Origin: a virus
Lineage: Duplodnaviria; Caudoviricetes
IMG/VR virus record: IMGVR_UViG_3300012952_003952
Coordinates: 32,001-96,000 of that record
Reading direction: 5' to 3' (one strand)
DNA: 64,000 bases
The position numbers and the translations under genes were made by a program. The notes under the pieces were generated by a model. That model had not been told where the DNA came from and did no database searches. It saw nothing but the letters and a program-made list of their open reading frames with translations. Positions 8,701 to 17,744 of this stretch are shown here, piece after piece. How positions within the stretch are numbered: the stretch's first letter is position 1; the number at the start of each line of letters is the position of its first letter.

Positions 8701-11165
8701 CTGATAGTATAGTCTATCACGACCATACCGATGATAACGTTAAGAAAGGCCGGGTATCAGACTTACCATTCGCTTCTTCAGATACTACTTACACAGCTGG
8801 AGACGGCCTAGACCTTTCAGGAACTACATTTAGTACTGACTTAAAGAATGATGGCGGTCTTAAGATTGACTCTACTGAATTAGCGATAGACAATAACATT
8901 GTCGCCACCGTTTCTGGAACTTCATTCACCGGTGGAGTTAGAATAAGTTCTACTAATAATATTGCACCTCCAGTGCTTGGACTATTTGTTCAAGGAACAA
9001 TATCTGGATCTATTCACGAAACGCATGAAGGAAAATCTTACTTAGTTGCCGGTACCAACGTAACAATAGCTTCGTCCTCCAACGGTCAAGTAACAATTAG
9101 CTCTACCGCTGGTGGAACGGTTGATGGATCGGGAGTAGCAAATAGGGTCGCATATTGGTCTGACTCAGATACATTGACATCAGATGCTGACTTAACATTC
9201 GACGGAACCGACTTAGGTGTCGGTAACAAGATATTCCACGTAGGCGACGACAACACATTCATTTATTTTAACGATGATGACATAAATATCTCAGTCGGTG
9301 GCGTCAACATGGTTGACTTTACTGAGAACGCTGGATCGCAAGACGAAATAACTTTTAATGAAGCTGGTGCAGATCTTGACTTTAGAGTTGAATCAGATGA
9401 TAATCCCCACATGTTCTTTATCAATGCAAACGATAATAGAATCAGCATCGGTACTCAAGGAAATACTCCTGAAACTGTCGTTCATATTAAAGACACCTCT
9501 CCTGAAGTTAGAATACAGAGAGCCTTAAACGGACAGGACTCTACAATTAGTTTTGCTGGAGCAGCTGGAGTTCGTGGAAGCATGACCGGCCTCCAAGGCG
9601 GAACCAACGATATAGTTTTTGACACTTTTAACAGCACTACGCTGGAAGAAATAGCTAGATTTGGTGGCTTATATACCGGTGGTCCTTCCGGAAGACAAGT
9701 TATATTATTGTCCGGATCTACTATGCATGCTGGAGCAATGCAGCCTAGAGAAGCTTCTGATATCGCGTTCTTCGTGTCCGGTGCAATTAGCTCTAGAGGT
9801 TCTTCTACTTTAGGGGCCTCAGTATTTGGTGGCGATAATGTAATATCAGGAAGCTTAACAGTTCTTAACTCCGGAGTTGGTGGTGGTACTATATCTGGTT
9901 CTATTCACGAGACCGAAGATGGAATATCATATCTAATCGCAGGCACCAACGTCAGTATAGTATCTGCCTCAAATGGCCAGGTAACAATTTCTAGCACTGC
10001 CGGTGGTAGCGAATGGACGGATGGTGGATCATTCTTATACCCAACCGACAACTCTGGTGTAGAACATGTAGTTATCGGTGGAAACTCTTTAGTCAATGCT
10101 GATATCTTACTTGGAAGTGCAGGCGGCGCTGAATTTAACAAACAGCGCGCTGCAGCTTCTGATTTTACTGTTTCTACTCAAGATGACCAATACGCTCTCG
10201 TAGTTGATGGCGGCACTAATCAAGTCTGCATACACGATCCTGGGAATGCTACCCCTGGCAACTATGCAGGAGGGGAAGCTTCGTTCTATGTCTCAGGCGC
10301 AATAGGACTTTCTGGAGCTGGAGCTGGAAAAGCTATTTTTGGCGGTGACGCAGTCATAAGTGGTACTCTCCACATAAAAGGAAATTATAACTCAAGTGGA
10401 CCAAGCTCCGACGAAACCAGCTTAAGGCTTGATCATGGAATTGCTTTTGACGACGGAGACTCTTGGATATATGAGAACGGAGATGACTTATGGCTAGTAG
10501 GAAAAGTCGATACTAACTTAAGCGCTTCAGATGATATATTCATTGGATCTGGCGATACAACTTGTCTTACTACTGGTGGAAGCTTCTTAGCTAAGTCTGG
10601 TGGTGAATTAACAAATGGGTTCTTTATAACTGGTACCGACACTTGGATGCACGTTTCAGGAGCAATAGGAGGTCATTGTACATCTGGCTCAGCTGGAATT
10701 GTAAAGAGCACCGTTGCTTTCGGTGGCGATGTTGTAATATCTGGATCAATGAGAGCTAAGCAAATAGAAAATTATCGTGGCTCCTATAATAATGGTTCTA
10801 ATGCAGATCCAGATTACATCCCTCTTGGGCCCAGTGCCTCAGAGTCTTCAGTTGCTGGATATCTTCAGCATTCAGTTATGCCTTTTGCAGGAAGATTGGT
10901 GAAACTGAGTTGGAGACCAGAAAATGCACAACAAAATGCAGTTACTGCAACTGTTTTCAAGGGCGTGGACGGAAATGCCACCCCTGGTATCGGTGGAGAA
11001 TCTGTAACAGTAGCTGGTAAAGCTGGATTCAATACACACTCTTTCCACTTCCAGCAAGCTGTACATTTTAATGAAGGTGATATTTTTGCGATTGAAGTTA
11101 ATCCAGGATCTACGCCTGGAACAGTTACCTTTACAGCTACGTTTGAAATGGACATGTTCATCTAA
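5775..11165 (+). CDS. Giant G/S/T-rich modular virion fibre/adhesin-like protein (1796 aa)
   Basis: Eight FFVSG...F[GA]GD.V.SG modules and four SGSI....G.SY..AG.N.TI.S..NGQ modules. Fibre-like motifs YTAGDGLDLSGTTFS and GSGVANRVAYWSD. C-terminal beta-sandwich-like head. Confidence 0.75.
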   Translation: MASDFRAERTRTNSIISSGSSPTTKPLFSLYHSTSATNFTGGTATGLFDGVGTDVYSFFSGSKDHKNVLGSRGVTLFGGDVVISGTLYADKQVIEIDETVTGSLTVSGSLVVSQSIEAGQHLHINSSGGPFGYANFGSVALASGYGFRAAGGTMQFKNTGGAWTAIGTGTGGSSLWMTGSAGAVTGGGTLLNWVSTTGSIAVSGSYLDLHGYIREIGYQTTNYHRFNNNGQSFNAEGVSMMELSSLSGQKLILINAANANVDFRVDSANRDKAFYVDADLDRVSILSGALNTDGEGIDIAFFVSGSKGGKDGKDRGVSLFGGDLVTSGTVISRGANGGAITGSITRTSDGKSYIAAGANITITSGSDGQILIAGAAGAAPEWTDGGGLTGPLYPAGNSGVQNVVIGGTGLASADILLGSAGSAEFNKQAGAGQEFVVSTVGRGSAIHVKSSDNTVDILSGSGVTGGDGADVAFFVSGSVSGKDGKDRGVAVFAGDLLTSGVLYIEGSRDYQGATSAAIVLNDTLHSRIVWNSESDSNTPDAQIWEQNGDLYLSASDEIELQSNTATSITGYGDVRYVAFSRTGGTQRKAMFNPSRNDVDFEIANSTNYYAFKVDAAENWISIDKLSSEPIPGVDVNFFVSGSTTGKDGAERSVSVFGGDLVTSGVLYVEGNRDYQGATSAAIVLNSALHSRIVWNSESDSNTPDAQIWEQGGSLYLSSSDNLWLEAKDAILFDGNGDKRFLSMDSVGSQWGSYFNIQNNDLDFRIGNTTHDRAFTVDAAEGTVNIDRKISDAIPGSDVNFFVSGSTKARGTSTRGVSVFGGDLIISGTLYADRQVIEVDEAVTGSLSVSGSLVVSQSATVNDTVTALLGFSGSLTRLTDARSYIAAGSNITVASSSNGQIVISSTAGGTMSSFGLVGDTGSAQSITNGNNLTIAGGTGLITTASATDTLTIDLDYNGTDNFIDAAPNLEGTSINASDSIVYHDHTDDNVKKGRVSDLPFASSDTTYTAGDGLDLSGTTFSTDLKNDGGLKIDSTELAIDNNIVATVSGTSFTGGVRISSTNNIAPPVLGLFVQGTISGSIHETHEGKSYLVAGTNVTIASSSNGQVTISSTAGGTVDGSGVANRVAYWSDSDTLTSDADLTFDGTDLGVGNKIFHVGDDNTFIYFNDDDINISVGGVNMVDFTENAGSQDEITFNEAGADLDFRVESDDNPHMFFINANDNRISIGTQGNTPETVVHIKDTSPEVRIQRALNGQDSTISFAGAAGVRGSMTGLQGGTNDIVFDTFNSTTLEEIARFGGLYTGGPSGRQVILLSGSTMHAGAMQPREASDIAFFVSGAISSRGSSTLGASVFGGDNVISGSLTVLNSGVGGGTISGSIHETEDGISYLIAGTNVSIVSASNGQVTISSTAGGSEWTDGGSFLYPTDNSGVEHVVIGGNSLVNADILLGSAGGAEFNKQRAAASDFTVSTQDDQYALVVDGGTNQVCIHDPGNATPGNYAGGEASFYVSGAIGLSGAGAGKAIFGGDAVISGTLHIKGNYNSSGPSSDETSLRLDHGIAFDDGDSWIYENGDDLWLVGKVDTNLSASDDIFIGSGDTTCLTTGGSFLAKSGGELTNGFFITGTDTWMHVSGAIGGHCTSGSAGIVKSTVAFGGDVVISGSMRAKQIENYRGSYNNGSNADPDYIPLGPSASESSVAGYLQHSVMPFAGRLVKLSWRPENAQQNAVTATVFKGVDGNATPGIGGESVTVAGKAGFNTHSFHFQQAVHFNEGDIFAIEVNPGSTPGTVTFTATFEMDMFI
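7297..7900 (+). repeat. Internal direct duplication in the fibre gene (7297-7408 vs 7789-7900, 492-bp period)
   Basis: Both copies encode RDYQGATSAAIVLN..LHSRIVWNSESDSNTPDAQIWE; mismatches are mostly synonymous. A 23-bp repeat AAAGACGGAAAAGATCGAGGAGT also occurs at 6702 and 7218. Confidence 0.9.
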
Positions 11166-11396
11166 TACAGAACAGATAATCTGTAATCTACAGTCTATAA
11201 TATAAAGAATAAAGAATATATTCTACAGTTATAGATTAATCAGTATCAGTATCAGTCAGTATCAGTAATTCAGTAGAACAGTATTATAGTACTACAAAAA
11301 AAGACTATTGTACATTATTTTTTTTCTAAATAGTTTTCTATTATCAGCACAGTTATCAGTAAGTGCTCAAGTAGAATAAATCTAGAAGGAAAATTA
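11166..11396. repeat. Intergenic low-complexity CAGT/ATCAGT repeat region (origin/centromere-like)
   Basis: 11 CAGT copies, all on the + strand (11191-11360), with ATCAGT near-tandem at 11239-11266. Palindrome ACAGAT-A-ATCTGT (11172-11184), A- and T-tracts, and no CC/GG/CG until the SD of the next gene. Confidence 0.85.
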
Positions 11397-13343
11397 ATGT
11401 TTGGTAATTCATCGCCTTTTGAACAACCTCAAAAGCCAATTATTCAGATTCCAGCAGACGCTGATATAGTGTTTGTTTCAGACATGTTTGTTGAAGACTA
11501 TGTTGGAGGAGCTGAGTTAACTTCTGAGGCTTTAATAGAATCTTCTCCACTTAAAGTATTTAAGTTGCACAGTAAAGACGTAGATCTTAAATTATTAGAG
11601 CAGGGAGTTTCTAAATACTGGATATTTGGTAATTTTTCTGCTATGACTATGGAGTTAATACCTTCAATCGTAGCTAATATGAATTATTCTATTCTAGAAT
11701 ATGATTATAAATTTTGTAGGTACCGATCTCCTGAAAAACACGAATTCGAAACCGGTGAACCATGCGACTGCAAAGACGATATTCACGGTAAAGTAATTTC
11801 AGCTTTTTATTATGGCGCAAAGTCTTTATGGTGGATGTCAGAAAAGCAGCAAGAAATTTATACTTCAATGTATCCATTTCTAGATGAAAGAGAAAATGTA
11901 GTCCTCAGTAGCGTATTTAGTGATTCTTTCTTTTATGCTGTTAAGATACTGAAAGAAAAATATAAAGATAATGAAAGAAAGGGCTGGTTAGTTTTAGGAT
12001 CTAACAGTTGGATAAAGGGCGCTGACGATGCTGAGAAATGGTGCATCGATAATAACAAAGAGTACGAAGTAGTCTGGAACTTACCTTACGAAGAAATATT
12101 AGAAAAATTAGCTCAGTCTGAAGGTTTTGTTTATCTTCCAAAGGGCAATGATACATGCCCAAGAATGGTTATTGAAGCTAAGTTGCTTGGTTGCGATCTT
12201 GAATTGAATGAGTATGTCCAACATAAAGATGAAATTTGGTTTGACACACAAGATCCATTCGATACAGAAGCTTATCTTTACGCTGCTAGAGAAAGATTTT
12301 GGAATTCAATATTAGCAACAATGAATTATGTGCCAACTATATCAGGATATACCACTACTTTAAATTGCATCAAAAATGGATATCCATACGAAGCCTCAAT
12401 CAAGAGTATGCTTGGATTTTGTCAAGAAGTAATTGTAGTAGACGGTGGCAGTGACGATGGAACTTACGAACGGCTTAGAGAGCTAGAAAAAGAAGATAAT
12501 AGAATCAAGGTCAGTCTAGTTTTAAGAGATTGGAAAGATACAAGATTTGCAGTATATGACGGTTCTCAAAAAGCAGTTTCTAGAGATCAGTGTACCATGG
12601 ACTTTTGCTGGCAACAAGATGCAGACGAAATAGTGCATGAAGAAGACTATAAGAAAATTTTAGACATGGGAAGAAATTTCCCAAGACAATTCGACCTCTT
12701 ATCTTTACCAGTGATAGAATATTGGGGAAGCTCTGAAAAAGTTAGAGCTGACATCAATCCTTGGAAGTGGAGACTTTCTAAAAATAAAGATTACATAACT
12801 CACGGAATTCCAAAACAGCTTCGAAGAACCGATGAAGAAGGTAAGCTATATGCTCTTCCAGGCACTGATGGATGTGATTATATACACAAAGAAACATTTG
12901 AGCCAATACCGCACGCAGGATTTTATAACGAAGACATTCATAAAGTTAAGCTTATGGCTTTCGCTGGTGATGATAATGCATTTTTAGAGTATCAGGGTTG
13001 GTTTAATAGAGTTGTAGATCTTTTGCCAAGCGTACATCATTATTCTTGGATGGACATTGGAAGAAAAATTCGTACTTATAGAGACTACTGGTCTCAACAC
13101 TGGCAAAGTTTGTACGACATCCATCAAGAAGACACTCCAGAAAATAATATGTTTATGAATAAGTCGTGGAAAGACATATCAGAATCAGAAATAGACAAAT
13201 TAGCAGAAAAGCTTGCGCAAGAAATGGGCGGCTGGGTGTTTCATTCTAAAGTAGATTTCGATAATCCAACGCCTCATTTTTCTATAGAAAGAACTCAGCC
13301 AAAATTAGCTATAGAGCACTATATGAAGAAGGAAGAAAAGTGA
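11397..13343 (+). CDS. Bifunctional glycosyltransferase: GT-B (GT4-like) N-domain fused to a GT-A (GT2) C-domain
   Basis: GT-B signature DTCPRMVIEAKLLGC, then GT2 motifs EVIVVDGGSDDGT and WQQDADE. Confidence 0.8.
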   Translation: MFGNSSPFEQPQKPIIQIPADADIVFVSDMFVEDYVGGAELTSEALIESSPLKVFKLHSKDVDLKLLEQGVSKYWIFGNFSAMTMELIPSIVANMNYSILEYDYKFCRYRSPEKHEFETGEPCDCKDDIHGKVISAFYYGAKSLWWMSEKQQEIYTSMYPFLDERENVVLSSVFSDSFFYAVKILKEKYKDNERKGWLVLGSNSWIKGADDAEKWCIDNNKEYEVVWNLPYEEILEKLAQSEGFVYLPKGNDTCPRMVIEAKLLGCDLELNEYVQHKDEIWFDTQDPFDTEAYLYAARERFWNSILATMNYVPTISGYTTTLNCIKNGYPYEASIKSMLGFCQEVIVVDGGSDDGTYERLRELEKEDNRIKVSLVLRDWKDTRFAVYDGSQKAVSRDQCTMDFCWQQDADEIVHEEDYKKILDMGRNFPRQFDLLSLPVIEYWGSSEKVRADINPWKWRLSKNKDYITHGIPKQLRRTDEEGKLYALPGTDGCDYIHKETFEPIPHAGFYNEDIHKVKLMAFAGDDNAFLEYQGWFNRVVDLLPSVHHYSWMDIGRKIRTYRDYWSQHWQSLYDIHQEDTPENNMFMNKSWKDISESEIDKLAEKLAQEMGGWVFHSKVDFDNPTPHFSIERTQPKLAIEHYMKKEEK

Positions 13344-14074
13344 GCTTACAAAAAAGCAATAGATTTGTTTTTATTATGCCAGCATTTAATGCTATCGAAA
13401 CAATTAATAGAAGCATCTTATCAGTGTGGTTCCAAACACACCCCAACTGGAAAATCATTATAAGAGATGACCTTTCTACTGATGGTACCTTTGAAACCGT
13501 TCAAAATTTAAAAGCCCAACTTGGAATTTCAGATGAAAAAGTTAGTATTAAAAGAAACACAGAGAAAAAATGGGAAGTTGCCAACATTTTGGATATGCTC
13601 GACGATTGCGAGTCAGATGATATTATATGCCGACTTGATGCTGATGATTGGCTATGTGACTGTGATATTATTACTATATTGAACCACAGGTACAATGCAA
13701 TGGATGTCGACGCTGTTTGGACTAATCATCGATGGGGCTTCACAGGCAACAACATATCTTCTTTTCTTCCAAAAGAAGCAGATCCATATAAACACCCTTG
13801 GGTTTCTTCTCATTTAAAAACTTTTCGAAAGAAATTAATAGAAGAAGTAGATGATAAGAATTTTCGCGGTGAGGATGGAGAGTATTTTAAAAGAATAGGC
13901 GATCAAGCTATATATCTTCCAGTACTCAGAAATGCCGCAGGCCGATGGCACCACGAACCGATTTGCGCTTATCACTATACGATAGACATGAATCCTAAAA
14001 CCTTTCAGACTGAAGATGCAAAGTTTCAAAGAGATGAAGGGATATTCCTTCGCACACGTGGATACGTAGAATAA
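13340..14074 (+). CDS. Glycosyltransferase family 2
   Basis: FIMPAFNA, IRDDLSTDGT, RLDADDWL. Confidence 0.9.
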   Translation: MSLQKSNRFVFIMPAFNAIETINRSILSVWFQTHPNWKIIIRDDLSTDGTFETVQNLKAQLGISDEKVSIKRNTEKKWEVANILDMLDDCESDDIICRLDADDWLCDCDIITILNHRYNAMDVDAVWTNHRWGFTGNNISSFLPKEADPYKHPWVSSHLKTFRKKLIEEVDDKNFRGEDGEYFKRIGDQAIYLPVLRNAAGRWHHEPICAYHYTIDMNPKTFQTEDAKFQRDEGIFLRTRGYVE

Positions 14075-14078
14075 TTAA

Positions 14079-14984
14079 ATGAAATTACTAGTCAATAGAA
14101 AACCGGTAACAGGACCATGGGGTGGTGGAAACCACTTCATCAAAACTCTGCATGATAAAGCTAAAGATTATGATATAGACATTGTTCATCAGCTCCAAGA
14201 AGATCTAGATGGAATATTTTTAATTGATCCAAGGTATGATGAACTCGGCATTTCTATCAACGAAGTCATTAAATATAAAAATATTTTTCCAGACACTAAG
14301 ATCATCTATAGAGCAAATGAGTGTGATCAAAGGAAAGGAGAAAAAAATCAAATGGACCCGTGCATTAAAGCAATGGGTCAGATTTCAGATGCTTGCTTTT
14401 TTATCTCAGAGTGGATTCACAAATACCACATTGACCTTGATTGGAGATGCAGAAGAAATATTATTATTCCAAACGGAACCGATAAAAGTATTTTTAAACC
14501 ATCTCAAAGCAAAAAAGACAATAAGAAAATTAATTTAGTTACTCATCATTGGTCAAACAATTTTATGAAAGGCCACGATGTGTATGAAAAAGTTGATAAT
14601 TGGGTCAAGGATAGAGATGATTTTACCTTTACTTATATTGGTAGGAGCCATGCCCCTCTACCAAATTCAGACTTAATCGAGCCACTTTCAGGTCCAGAGT
14701 TAGGTAAGCTATTATCTTCATTTGATGTGTACATCTCAGCCTCTAGATGGGACCCTGGTCCTAACCACATTATAGAAAGTTTGGCTTGTGAACTACCTAC
14801 TTATGCGCATATAGATGGCGGTGGCGCTACAGAGTTTGTTGGTAATTCTCATGCATACAAAGATGCTGACGAGTTAATTTCTATTTTAGAGAAAAAAGAA
14901 TACCCCAACAACAAAAGATTTACTCCTAATGATTGGAACGAAGTAATAAAAGTATATCTTGAAAATATTTCTAGTCTATTATAG
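14079..14984 (+). CDS. Glycosyltransferase, GT4-like
   Basis: GPWGGG N-terminus, IIPNGTD, ASRWDPGPNHIIESLACELP. Confidence 0.85.
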   Translation: MKLLVNRKPVTGPWGGGNHFIKTLHDKAKDYDIDIVHQLQEDLDGIFLIDPRYDELGISINEVIKYKNIFPDTKIIYRANECDQRKGEKNQMDPCIKAMGQISDACFFISEWIHKYHIDLDWRCRRNIIIPNGTDKSIFKPSQSKKDNKKINLVTHHWSNNFMKGHDVYEKVDNWVKDRDDFTFTYIGRSHAPLPNSDLIEPLSGPELGKLLSSFDVYISASRWDPGPNHIIESLACELPTYAHIDGGGATEFVGNSHAYKDADELISILEKKEYPNNKRFTPNDWNEVIKVYLENISSLL

Positions 14985-14992
14985 AATTTAAA

Positions 14993-15781
14993 ATGTACGC
15001 TATATGTGGTGTTGGAAAATGGGGAACAAAAATACTAAAAGAGTTCCACAACAGTATAGAGTTTAAATACTTCTGTTGCAAGTCCGAAAGCACAGCAAAC
15101 AAAATAACTCAAGAATTTAAATTCATAAAAAGAGCATCTTTAGAAGAAATTTGTAGAGACAAAGAAGTCACCGATGTTATAGTTTGCGTTCCTATCGAAA
15201 AATTGTCGTATTTTGCGCTTAAACTCTTAGAGCACAATAAGAATATATTCCTAGAAAAGCCAGGAGCTGAGTCTTTTGAAAAAATAGAATCTATGATGAA
15301 AAGTTGCCGATCTGAAGTTTATGTAAATTATAAGTTTTTAAATCATCCAAAAGTTCAAACACTTAAAAAAGAAATCGAAGAAGGAAAGAAAATATGTTCG
15401 TTTAATATTGACTGGCAGAAATATGGTAGCTTTAACAACGACATTAGATTAAATCTTCTCACTCATATAATTTCTATTTTAAAATTTACGATGCCTAAAG
15501 AAGATTTCTACATGGAATACGCTAGTTTAAAAGATGATTCTCTGGTAGTGAGATGCTACTCTCAGAGTTGTAGAGGAAAAATATCTATTCTTCGTACTTC
15601 TAAAAAGAGAAAATTTTTATTTTTTCTCGAAGAAAAAAATGGCGCAACTAAAAAGATCGATCTGAATAGTGAAAATTTATTAAAAAATAGTGTAGAAAAA
15701 TATTTGAACAAAACAAATTTGGAAATTGGGTTAGATTTTTCTAGTGATGTATTAAAAGCGCTGGAGAAAATAAGAGCATGA
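14993..15781 (+). CDS. Gfo/Idh/MocA-family oxidoreductase
   Basis: Rossmann ICGVGKWG and the family motif IFLEKP. Confidence 0.75.
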   Translation: MYAICGVGKWGTKILKEFHNSIEFKYFCCKSESTANKITQEFKFIKRASLEEICRDKEVTDVIVCVPIEKLSYFALKLLEHNKNIFLEKPGAESFEKIESMMKSCRSEVYVNYKFLNHPKVQTLKKEIEEGKKICSFNIDWQKYGSFNNDIRLNLLTHIISILKFTMPKEDFYMEYASLKDDSLVVRCYSQSCRGKISILRTSKKRKFLFFLEEKNGATKKIDLNSENLLKNSVEKYLNKTNLEIGLDFSSDVLKALEKIRA

Positions 15782-16821
15782 AAATAGCTGTAATCGGTGC
15801 TGGGTTCTTTGGAGTTACTGTAGCTCTTAAGCTAGCTCAAGAAAATCATAAAGTTACTTTGTTCGACTTTCAAGACGATATTTTGACTTCTGCTTCTAGA
15901 ACTAATCAATTAAGATTACACAGGGGCTATCATTACCCTAGAAGCAAAGAAACTGTAAGATCTCTTTTAGACTCTCTTCCAAAATTTTTAGACTACTATG
16001 GTGCTGCTGCCATCAAAGATTATGAACATTACTATGCTATAGCAAAAGAAGGTTCTCGAGTAAACAAAGAAGATTACTTAAGTTTTCTAAATTCTTTCAA
16101 TCTAGAATATGAAGAAGTTACTAAAAATAATTTTGCTATAGACTCTTCTATGGAAGTGGTTATTAGGGCTAAAGAGTCTCTTTTAGATTATCACAAAATA
16201 TACGAAATTTGTAAAGAGAGAATTTTATCTTCAAGTCTAACGCTCGAGCTTAATACCGAGTTTAAAGAAGAGATGGTTCTTTCTTTTGATAAAGTCATCA
16301 ATTGTACTTATTCTTCTATTAATTCGCTGACTCCCTGGGAAAAAAGAAGAGAATATCAATTTGAAGTTTGTGAAAAAATATGCGTTCACCCACCTAAAAA
16401 TCTACAGGGTGTTAGCTTAGTCGTTATGGACGGACCATTTATGTGCATTGACCCCTATGGAAAGACTGGCAAGTCGCTTTTAGGAAATGTCGTCCATGCA
16501 ATTCACACTTCTAATATTGGACATAACCCTATTGTTCCTGAGCATTTAAAGCCTTATCTAAATAAGGGTATAGTAAACGTAAAAGAGATTTCTAATTTTG
16601 ATAAATTTATGCAATCTGGAAAAAATTATATTGCAAACTTTGACAGGTGCGAATATTTTGGATCGATGTTTACTGTAAGAGCTGTGTTGCCGTATAAAGA
16701 TGAAAGTGACGAACGCCCGACTATTGTGACTAAGATGGACAGTAATGTAATTAACATATTTTCAGGAAAAATTGACACTTGTGTGCAAGCAGCAGACGAT
16801 GTATTGGAGATAATAAAATGA
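15778..16821 (+). CDS. FAD-dependent oxidoreductase (DAO-like)
   Basis: KIAVIGAGFFG dinucleotide-binding motif; ASRTNQLRLHRGYHYPRS. Confidence 0.85.
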   Translation: MKIAVIGAGFFGVTVALKLAQENHKVTLFDFQDDILTSASRTNQLRLHRGYHYPRSKETVRSLLDSLPKFLDYYGAAAIKDYEHYYAIAKEGSRVNKEDYLSFLNSFNLEYEEVTKNNFAIDSSMEVVIRAKESLLDYHKIYEICKERILSSSLTLELNTEFKEEMVLSFDKVINCTYSSINSLTPWEKRREYQFEVCEKICVHPPKNLQGVSLVVMDGPFMCIDPYGKTGKSLLGNVVHAIHTSNIGHNPIVPEHLKPYLNKGIVNVKEISNFDKFMQSGKNYIANFDRCEYFGSMFTVRAVLPYKDESDERPTIVTKMDSNVINIFSGKIDTCVQAADDVLEIIK

Positions 16822-17744
16822 AAATTCATTTTTCAAATGTAAACTTTTCTTCTCGAACGGGCCCGAACTCATTCGCTAGCAGGCTAGCTGACCAATTCGA
16901 GAAAATGAATCATGACGTTATAGAAAGTGCCGATGATCAGTACGATATTTTCTTAGCATTTATAGAGCCAGCCTCACTTCCTAGAAAGGGTTCTAAATTT
17001 ATTCATAGGCTGGATGGAATATGGTTTAAACCAGAACAGTTTGAATCGCACAACAAACTTATAAAGTGGAGCTATCAAAGAGCTGATAGCGTTATCTGCA
17101 TTTCAGAGTTTAATAAAAATATGGCTGCTCACCACTGGGGATCTCGAGACAATGTCAAGGTTATAAATAACGGAATAGAGATAATTCCAGCCCCTGTTGT
17201 GAATAAGGAACTTCAGTCACGGCAACTAGAATATGATAATAGATTTATCTGTTCAGCAAATTGGCATAAACAAAAGCGCCTAAAGAGTAATATAGAATTT
17301 TTTAAAAAATTTAGAGAAGAGCATCCAGATCAAAATAGTTGTTTAGCAGTTTTAGGAAATTCACCTGATTATGTTATTGAAGACAGAGATATATGGTACG
17401 CTGGAAGCTTACCTCATGATCTATGTCTACAGCTATTCAGAGATTCTGATTGGATGCTTCACTTAGCATGGATCGATCATTGTCCAAATTCTGTTGTTGA
17501 AGCACTGTCACAAAACTGTGGAATTGTCTGCGCTGATTCAGGAGGAACAAAAGAAATTGTTGGTAATAACGGAGTGATTGTTCCGGAAATAGAACCGTAT
17601 GCGTATCAATTAGCAGATTATGATAGCCCACCAGATATCGATATATCAAAAATCGAACTCCCAGAAAATTTAGAAATAGATAACTCTATTTTAGATATTA
17701 GAAAAATAGCTGCAAGATATATCAAAGTCTTCAAGGACGCGTAA
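16818..17744 (+). CDS. Glycosyltransferase family 4
   Basis: VINNGI, WHKQKRL, DHCPNSVVEALSQNCGIVC. ATG 16818 overlaps the upstream stop (ORF track 16779). Confidence 0.88.
   Translation: MKIHFSNVNFSSRTGPNSFASRLADQFEKMNHDVIESADDQYDIFLAFIEPASLPRKGSKFIHRLDGIWFKPEQFESHNKLIKWSYQRADSVICISEFNKNMAAHHWGSRDNVKVINNGIEIIPAPVVNKELQSRQLEYDNRFICSANWHKQKRLKSNIEFFKKFREEHPDQNSCLAVLGNSPDYVIEDRDIWYAGSLPHDLCLQLFRDSDWMLHLAWIDHCPNSVVEALSQNCGIVCADSGGTKEIVGNNGVIVPEIEPYAYQLADYDSPPDIDISKIELPENLEIDNSILDIRKIAARYIKVFKDA

Noticed and set aside
5775-11165. Higher GC in structural genes as a sign of horizontal transfer
   Set aside because: It is explained by Gly/Ala/Ser/Thr-rich protein composition, and the same pattern appears in the baseplate block.
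11239-11282. Tandem repeats as a CRISPR array
   Set aside because: The units are 4-6 bp with no 25-45-bp repeats or unique spacers, and there is no cas1/cas2; the Cas4-like gene is 33 kb away.
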